A DNA stretch of 64,000 nt, from contig JAZDNB010000009.1 in the NCBI GenBank assembly GCA_043800345.1, forward strand, positions 27,340 through 91,339, in the 5' to 3' direction. Positions 24,201-33,200 of the stretch are shown piece by piece. Position numbers and translations under genes: made by a program. The DNA is from Candidatus Omnitrophota bacterium (GTDB lineage Bacteria; Omnitrophota; Gorgyraeia; VGKN01). How positions within the stretch are numbered: the stretch's first letter is position 1; each line of letters starts with the position of its first letter. The notes beneath the pieces are model-generated. The model worked only from the letters and a program-made list of their open reading frames with translations. It had not been told where the DNA came from and made no database searches.

Positions 24201-27200
24201 TTTAAGGATAACACCGACGATATACGGGAATCCTCTTCCCTGTATATCATAAGGGATCTTATTGAATCCGCCAAAGCAGCCGGTATTGATATAACAATCA
24301 GGGCCTATGACCCTAACCCGGGCGCATGTCATAATACGAGCTCAAGAACTATAGCCCAGGGAGGGCTTAAAGAACTTATCGACGAAGGAAGCGTCATAAT
24401 ATGCGACAATATCGAAGAGTCGCTTGAAGGCTCTTATGCGATGGTAATTGCCACGGAATGGAAGAATTGGTCAAGGCAGACAGGCAGACCTTTTGGCTTA
24501 AATGATAAGAAAAATCTAAGATACATAGAGGGACGTTTAAAAGGCAGGCTGATATTTGACGGAAGAAACCTCATCGACAAACCGGCACTGCTGGGGACAG
24601 GTCTTACCTATCACTCTGTAGGTCGGCCCGTCTATTACGGCAATTACATTAAAAATTTTATAAGCTCGTTCATAAATCTTTTTAGGCAATGCACCTTCTA
24701 TGGATATGTAATATACTATTGCCTCTCGACCCCCGGATATCGCAGGTTATTATTCAAGAAGGAAGGTCTTGGCTTTACCCTTTGGGAACTTGGCAGACTT
24801 TCAGCGCTTTATTTGAAAGCAACCTTTGCCTATATCATATATGAAGTTGCCGAGAATAAAGGAGCAAACGGCGACGAAGTGCTTAAGGGAATGGGTTATG
24901 ACAGGCGTATCGGCCCCGAATATTTTAAACCAACTCCGGGTAGAGGAGGCCCCTATCTGCCCACGGCAACGAAACTCCTGGTCCAGATAGGAGAAGATTT
25001 CCTCAAACGAGAAGACATTCCCGACGTTACCGATAAACAAAAGCAGCTTCGAGCCAGGGTAAGAAATCTGGAGTTATTAGCAAGCATCGATAAGGCCAAT
25101 GAAGGCCAGGTTATCAAGGTTATGGCGCGCTTAAGAACAGCCCTCGGCGTTGAAAAGGTTGCCGGCGGAAATATAGCCGTATTAGGTACCGCTTATAAAG
25201 GCGCGGCATCTTCTATAGAAGGTTCTGTCGCCATGCGCATTATCACAGACCACCTTGCCTATTGTAGTAGTATAGTAGTATTTGAGCCTGATCCCGAAGC
25301 AAGGGCCAGGGCAAAGAAGATGCTTAAAAATTCCACCAATGTCATTTTTGCCGAAAACATGGATGACTTAAAGAACAAGGCAAGGGGGGTCGGCGGGTTA
25401 GATGCACTCTTAATTCTCACTGATAATGAGGAATTTAAATTGCTCGATACCTCCGGTATTAGAAAGCGTACCGCCAAGATGGTCGTATATGATACCTGTA
25501 ATGTGACAGATCCGGCGAATTTTACGGACAAACCCCATGTTATTTATATCAGAACGGGAAGACCCATGTTTATGGGAATGGAAGTGCTTCCAAGAAACGG
25601 AAACAGAGGCTCGCCTGTTTTGGCGCGAGCAGCCGAAACCCAGCACTCTCTCTTGGTGTCAACCCTCTATAATAACTTTAATTCTGCCGGCACGATTATC
25701 ACACGGATTGTATGGGGCGTGCTGTGGCTTACTGCATTAGTGACAGTCGGGATAAGCCATGAGTTTACCCATATGATATCCGCCCTTAGCCTGTCCCTGA
25801 AAGTAACAAGAAAACGCGAATTCTACAAAGGCAATATTTCGATTGACGGACCTCCCCAAAGGGTTAATATTGCAAAGGCCCTTGCCCCGCTTGCCGGACC
25901 GTTTATCATCCCGCTTTTCCTAACCGCCGTTTCTTTACTGTTAAATGTTCAAATCGACATACCCAATTGGATAAAAATCCTCTACTTAGGTTTTAGCGTA
26001 GTATCTTTCATATATGACCTGTCGTCCGAAGGAGACCTTGCCGAACTATACCGTCCCCTTAAAGGGAGAGTTCAGAATTTCGCCTCAAAGTTATTCGGGG
26101 CCGATGCGAGCCTATTACCAAAAAAGATAGGATTAGCCGTAGTTATTTTCGGAACTATAGGCCTGCTTAATATTGTTTTAATGTGTATTTTTCTCCCATA
26201 TCCCGATGTATTACTTATTCTCTGGGGTAATTTTGGTTTTGGTGTTTTGCTGTTCATTTTTGCAATATTGGGATGGCTGGATACTCTATCCGAACGCATA
26301 GAAAAATTCTATTACATGCATCTATGGCAAAAAGCGCTCCCCTCATACTATACACACGAGGCTTGGAAGGTGGCAAAGGAAAACAGGGTTATTTTCCCAT
26401 ATCTACACGGAGAGGGAAGCAGGGTATCGGAACCGAATACGTACAAATATTTTACCCTTTTCAAATTCGGCGATCCTGAGGCAATAAGAGAATATTCGGA
26501 ATATATGGCGAGCCATATTCGCTATGACATTTCGTCGGATATAGAACCGGAAGAATCAGAATATTATGATTTTTTTGACCCCGAAAAATGGGTTGTATTA
26601 TCCAAGGTTCACCCGGTTCCACCATTACACTCGACACAAATGCTCGGACGTTTATTAGCAGAACGCCTTAAAGTTAAACTCGTAAGCCTGAACGAGCGCA
26701 GTTCTTTCGGAAACTACTCTAAACTTTCACTGGATGAGCGAGAAAAAGTAGTTTATGGGAATTTGGTTGTAGAAAATCCAGAAGAAGTGCGCGGTAAAAA
26801 TGTCATCATATATGACGATGTGAGTATAAGCGGTTTTACCCTGATGGAAATGGCCCGTGCGGCATTTGCGGCAGGCGCCAGGTCCGTAAGAGCCTATACG
26901 ATGTTTGATCCGAAAAATGACCCGAAGTTTGAAATAGGGGCATATAGATATCTGATGTATGAACATCCTGAACTTGTACTACCTATTTTGCAGAGCGATA
27001 TGTCCATAGCGCAGACAGCCATAAAATATCTGATGCGTTTTGCAAGCGAATCGCCCGATGCCTTTGAAAATTTGATGAGACAGGTGAAAGATGAGCGACT
27101 CAGAGAAATTTTAGATCTCGTTACGTCATACCTGCAAATTACATCAAAGGAAGATACGCTTAATCCTACCCCACTCTTTAACATCATTACATCGTTACTT

Positions 27201-30200
27201 CCTGCTCGTGCCTATGCAGAGCGTCCGGACTCCGAGGTTAAACCTGTCGAGATAGGTTTTGCTGTTACCGTTGATAGAGATGGCAAAACAGAAGTGGATC
27301 ATTCTTTAAATGCAAATGCAATCTTTTCTACGCCTGAGATAATAGAACAAGTCGGTGCTCATTTAGCAAAAGCCGTTGATGATAGTATCGACATAAGCAG
27401 GTTTACGCCAGGTGCATATCCGGCCGGGCTCCATATAGTTGCGCCTAATCGTTCCGGAATGCTGACTGCAATAGCATTAGAGAGACAGTTAGGGTGTTCC
27501 CTGCACCGTTTTGATGAAGATTTTCCATGGTTAAAAAAGGGCGATGCAATAATCATAGCTATAGATAAGCCAACCCGGGAACTTCTTAAGATATTAAAAA
27601 TATGCGAGGCAAAGGGGATTTTTGTAGCAGCGGTTTGTACATTGACAAAAAATAATATCTCTAATGTAGAGAAGTATTTAAAAAGGAAAGGCATTCCTTT
27701 TGTATCTTCACCTCATATTCATACGATGTTCGGGGATTTAAATGTTGATATGCAGGACAGAGAACTCTTAGCACCTTTGTTGACTGGAGAATCTTCTCTC
27801 GGCGAAAGATTACAAGGCCTCAAACAGTTAAAAGACAAATCGTTGCGGGGGACATTGCCAAATGAATTTTGCGATTCCATGTTAACCGCCATGGAGGACT
27901 GGCCGAGTCCTTCGCTTGCGGTATTATACGCTTATCAGATGGGCTATAACTACATTACTTTTACTGATAGGCGGGATATAACGCCTGAAGCAACCAAAGA
28001 GGCGCTCGAGGCCGCGCGAATACTGAAAATTTCCGTATGCAGTCCGTATTATACGACGCTTAAAAGGGCAACGTATTATCCCGAAGAAATTGCTCTGCAA
28101 ACGCAATTGCTTAGCGCCATCCCTGAACTTGATATGTTTCAGAGAAAGGTAAAAGAGTCCCGCGGGGTTCTAAAGAGAGGAATAGAGCACTTAAATAAAG
28201 ACGGTATCACGAGTCCTGATCCATACCTGGCATTATCGGCGCAATATTCAAGACAGATCGAAGAGATTGTGCAAGCCTTATGTCCGGTAGTGCTTGAACA
28301 TTTAAGAAGAACTATCCCCGGATTCAAATTAACAGAACAGGATTTTGCACTCTGCATAGGCGGTTCTGCCGCAGGAAGAACAGCTACATTAGCATCAGAT
28401 TTAGAGGTTGATTTTATTGCACGAGACGAAAAGAGCGCAGATGCCGTTACGGAACATTTTGCACCGCTACTAGCCCAGTGCTTACGAACAATCGGAATTG
28501 AGATAACGCCGCCCGATGACTTATTCCGCGCACAGCTTAGAGAACGCCATCTCATTAAAGTAGATAAGCTATTTGACTATCGGGTTGGGGCGTATTCAGA
28601 GCAGGCAAAAGGTTTAATTCGGGCGTTAAGCTATGAATTTGCGTGGGGCTCAAAAGATGTTTATAGTAATTTTATGGCAAGCGTACCTCCTGAACTTAAA
28701 CCCGATATTCCTCATGACATCATGTCACGTATGACAGAGTTCACCGATGGTTATCTGCGTCTATCCGAAGACGGAGAGGGGGAGTTTGACGGGCGTAATT
28801 TCGTAGTATCTGTTGATAGCGAGCGCGACTTAATAATGAACGTGCAGCGTTCATTAAGAGTATTCCAGATAGGTTTATTTGAGAGCCTGGTAAGGAAGTT
28901 GCCGCAATATCTTATGTCAGGTCTGAATCCATCGCTTACTGAGGATGCAATACCGCGAACTATCCCCGAACTTCTTGTTTTCATGAATGAGAGAGGATTT
29001 TTCGGAGATATTATTCCGCAGCAGGAAATAGAGAAGGTTGTTCTGGCCTGGAAACGTACTATTATGGCGCGCCAGATAAAAGTTGCATTAACAGGTGGGC
29101 TTAATAGTGCAGTCAGCTTAGGACAGTTGCCGCCTACGCTTTTGAATGATTTCGTAATCCTGCACGATTTTATCTTAAGTCATGTGATAACGAGAAGGTC
29201 TATTTTTCAGACTAAGATACAAAGATTATTGGGAGAACTGGCATTTTCCATATTTACACGTCTCATGAGAGATGCAGCGGATACTACTTATGATGAAAAT
29301 AGCAGACATTTTGATATCCGGGGGACTATGCGTCATGCTGTCACGGAACAGTCAAGGCTCTTAGAAGCCGTGCGCTATTTAAGGGAGGCGGCCGCTGCAT
29401 ATGCTGCTGGAGATGCGGAGGCATATGAAAAATCCCTGCGCGCCTACGGCGAATACCAGCGAGCTCTCTATGAAGATTTAAAAATTAATTATAGAAATAC
29501 GGATCCTTCGCTTGAGGTCCTCTGCGAATTCGCTAACAAGCTGCCCAAGGTTCTCGGTGCATCGCATATCCCCGGCTGGGGAGGAAATATCGGTATTTGG
29601 GCAGACGAAAAGGATGTAATCGCAATACGCAGAACAATAACAAACTTTATCCGCTCAGACGGTTATCGTAATGTACTTCAAAAACAATACCCAGATCTTT
29701 CTCCGAAGGAGATAAACGAAAAGGTTATGGCAACCGTTAGGGGAGTTATTATATTTACTCCCGGGCCTGCTGCAAATACCGTGATTGAGGGAGATGTAGA
29801 CAGATTGATAGAAGCCTTAAGGGATCCCAATTCTTCAACAGTTGCTTTATTAAAGAAAATCTACGGAGAAGAAGATACTTACAGGGATGGACAGAAATTC
29901 GCATATTATGAGCTGGCGCGCCAAAGATATCTCAGCTTGCTTGAGGAATTTAAGAGGCTCCATCCTGATGCAAAAAATATTGTCGTATCCCGAAGCGGTG
30001 GCAGGGTTATTTTTGCAGGGACACATTCAGATTATCACTACGGGAGGGTTCTTAATGCACCTACATTATCCGATACTCTGGTTGTGATGGCCATAAATCC
30101 ATTGTCGAATCAGGTTCAGGCAAACACCATGGATGAATTATTCCCGCAAGCCAGTTTTAATCCGGAACGCCTTGATATTATAAACATTCCAAAAGAAGAC

Positions 30201-33200
30201 TTAAACACAACCCAATGGTACCGATATGTCGCATATACGCTTTATTTCCTATCTCAGATGATACGTCGGTCAGAAGGAAGGACTCTCGATCAACCCGGGT
30301 TGTATATCTTAGTTGACGGCAGACCCGAGGATAAGGCACTGCCCGTAGGAGCGGGGCTCAGTTCTTCGGCGGCATTAGACGTTGCAGTTTCAATCGCCTT
30401 CCTTGGGTTAACCGGAAGAAAACTTACCGCAAGCCAGATTACGGCTGCCTGCCAGGAAGCAGAGCATGCCTTAGGTTTCCCCTGCGGAGCACAGGATCCG
30501 TTCGGGGCTATGCGCGGTTGGCTTCCCGGCGCAGAGCCGGATAAAATGTACGGACAGCTTATGGACTGTCTGCCAATGGTGGATGCAGGCGGTAGGCCTG
30601 TTTTTAATGCAGAACTTGTAGAGCTACCACCAGGACTTAATGCCGTATTAATAAATACAGGCGCAAAGAGCCCAAGATGGCCGCTTGAATTTTCCGCAAG
30701 AGTTGCCGAAGGAATGCTGGGTACGTTTATGTTAGCGCATATGTTACGTCAGAGATTCCAGACTCAGTTTGACGGACTTCTCAGAGAAGGCGATATGGAG
30801 GAAAGATACTATAGCGATGAAGCAAGCGGTGTCAGGGTAAAACCCGAAAATGCGGGAACATTCCCCTTATTTTATAAACCTTTCCTTGTTTCTTTTCCGG
30901 AACTAAGAAGACTGGGAATAGATATAAGCGAAAGAGAGCTGGCGCATATGATAGATATGCTGCCAAAAGATATGACCAAGGCGCAACTGGTAAAGATTCT
31001 GGGATGGTTACTGTATAACGATCTTTTTGCTTTAGGCGGGCTTAAAGAAGAAAATGTCGATGCTGTGTTTACGATGCTTGCAAAAGGCATTGAGGCAAGT
31101 TTCGACGGCAAAGACTTCGAAAGAGAACGATTGGAAGAGCTAAAAGCTGCGATTAGAAATGAACTAAAAGCGCAGGTAAGCATGCAGGAATTAGAACCTC
31201 CGTCTGCGTCAGTAACAGTTTTTGAAGAATCAAAAGTAGCGAAAGCCTCAGAAGTAGAAGAGAAAGATATAAGAGGCGTAATAAGGGATGATCACGATAG
31301 GCTTTATTCCGAAGCAATGGGGGAGGCATTGGCATTGAGGGCCGTAACCCAGCCCACCAATGTGGTTATATGTCTTACTACGTATGAAAGCGCGGAGTTT
31401 ATAGAACGAACACTCGATGAAATCATGAAAGAAATAAAATACTTCCCCAATTTTTACCGTGTTCAGATATTTGTGTCTCCAAACGGACCGGGATGTAATG
31501 AGATAACAAGCCGAATACAAGAATTTTTCCGCACCAGGGCGCCCGGTTTTGCTTCCCGTGTTTCTGTCTTGCCGCTTACCTTGGGAGGACAAATGTATGC
31601 ACAGCAGTCGATGGTCAAGACGATTAAGGCGCATCCAAAATTTTTCGGGGAAAATCCGATGTTATTATGGATAGAAGATGATGTAAGATTTCTAGACGGT
31701 TCTCTCTATAAAGTTGCGGAAACGTTAAGGACACAGACGATAGAAAAACGCCAGGCCCTCCTTGTAGGGTGCCGCAAAGTCAGGCTTAATCCGGAATCGG
31801 TAAGACAAAAACCGCAAGGGATTTTAAGAAGAATTATGGGCTCAGTCCTTAACGGCAGCGAAAATGAGGATTCGCTCACCAGGACACAACACCTTTCGCG
31901 GGCTATCCCTTCCATGACAGGTTCGAACCTGGCGTTATGGGCTGATGCATGGCCTCTTCGAACATACGATGCGCTTCTCTATAATAAGGTTGGCATTTAT
32001 CCCGATACCGTGCTGCTCAATCTCTTTCATCACTCGGTTCCCGAAGCGGGCATGCGTACCATACCGGTTGAAGATGCAGTAGTATATCAACTTTCGTCGA
32101 GTTCCTTTAGTGAGCGTTTGAGCCGTGAGACAGCTCCCCGCTCAAGAGAAAATTATTTTCCTGTAAGACACGGAAGGATTCTTATAAGCGGTACTCCTCA
32201 TCCGCTTGACTCACTGAAAACGCGTATAACAGTTTTCCTGCGCTACCTCGTCTATGCATACCTGACCGAGCCAACGAGGCGCCGCATAACAAGATCCGGT
32301 TTGACAAAAAGTATAGAAGAAGCCACCTGGACAAGGGCGCAAGAAACATTGGATTGGTCTGACAAAAATACGGATGTCATTCAAGTCAGAACCCTGGATT
32401 CTCATAGACCCGAACATCGTATCCTGCAAGAAGGGATTACTTTTACACAACAACTGTTAGCATATAAATATGCTAGAGAAGATAGGATGGTGCAGGGAGG
32501 AGAAAGATTTGGCATACGTGCAAAGGAAATAGAAAACTCGCCAGCTGCAACATTAGCTATACGGGTTATGAACAAAACACTTAGCCGCCTTAGGAGGGAA
32601 TATCCTCACTCCCGATATAGTGTCGATGACTATAAGCATCTTTTGGCGTATTCTGTACTTGCGCAAGGCTCGCCAAGCGAGATCAGGGCGTTTAAGGTAT
32701 TTTTATTGTCAGGGATGAGTGCAAAAGCAATGAAAAAACGTATTGTCGAAATGCTGAAAAATGGTTTATATGACCTGGTAGAACGCGAAATTCTAAATAT
32801 AGTGGATGCCGATACTATAGATGATGTTCTTCCTTATACGATAGCATATGATAATACTATTTCGCCCAAAAAACGCATAGAGATACTGCTTACCTATCTT
32901 ACTACGGGACAACTGCTTTATAAGGCGGAAGAATTAATCCCTGAAAGATTAGCGCAATCGTATGCAGATATATATAATCAATATACGAACCCTTCAGGGA
33001 AGTGGTTATTTAAAACTACCGATGCGGTATCGTGCGCGCGGCTCTTTAAAGCAAAGCGGCGTATCGCCAAAGGTAACATGGCAGCGGTTGAAAAGTTAAA
33101 CAGAGAGTTTATCCGAGGGTATTACCAGCTTAACCCAAGACAGCGAGCGCAATTAAGTTTGGCACTTCTTAATGAAGAAAACCCGCAATTGTTAGAGCGG

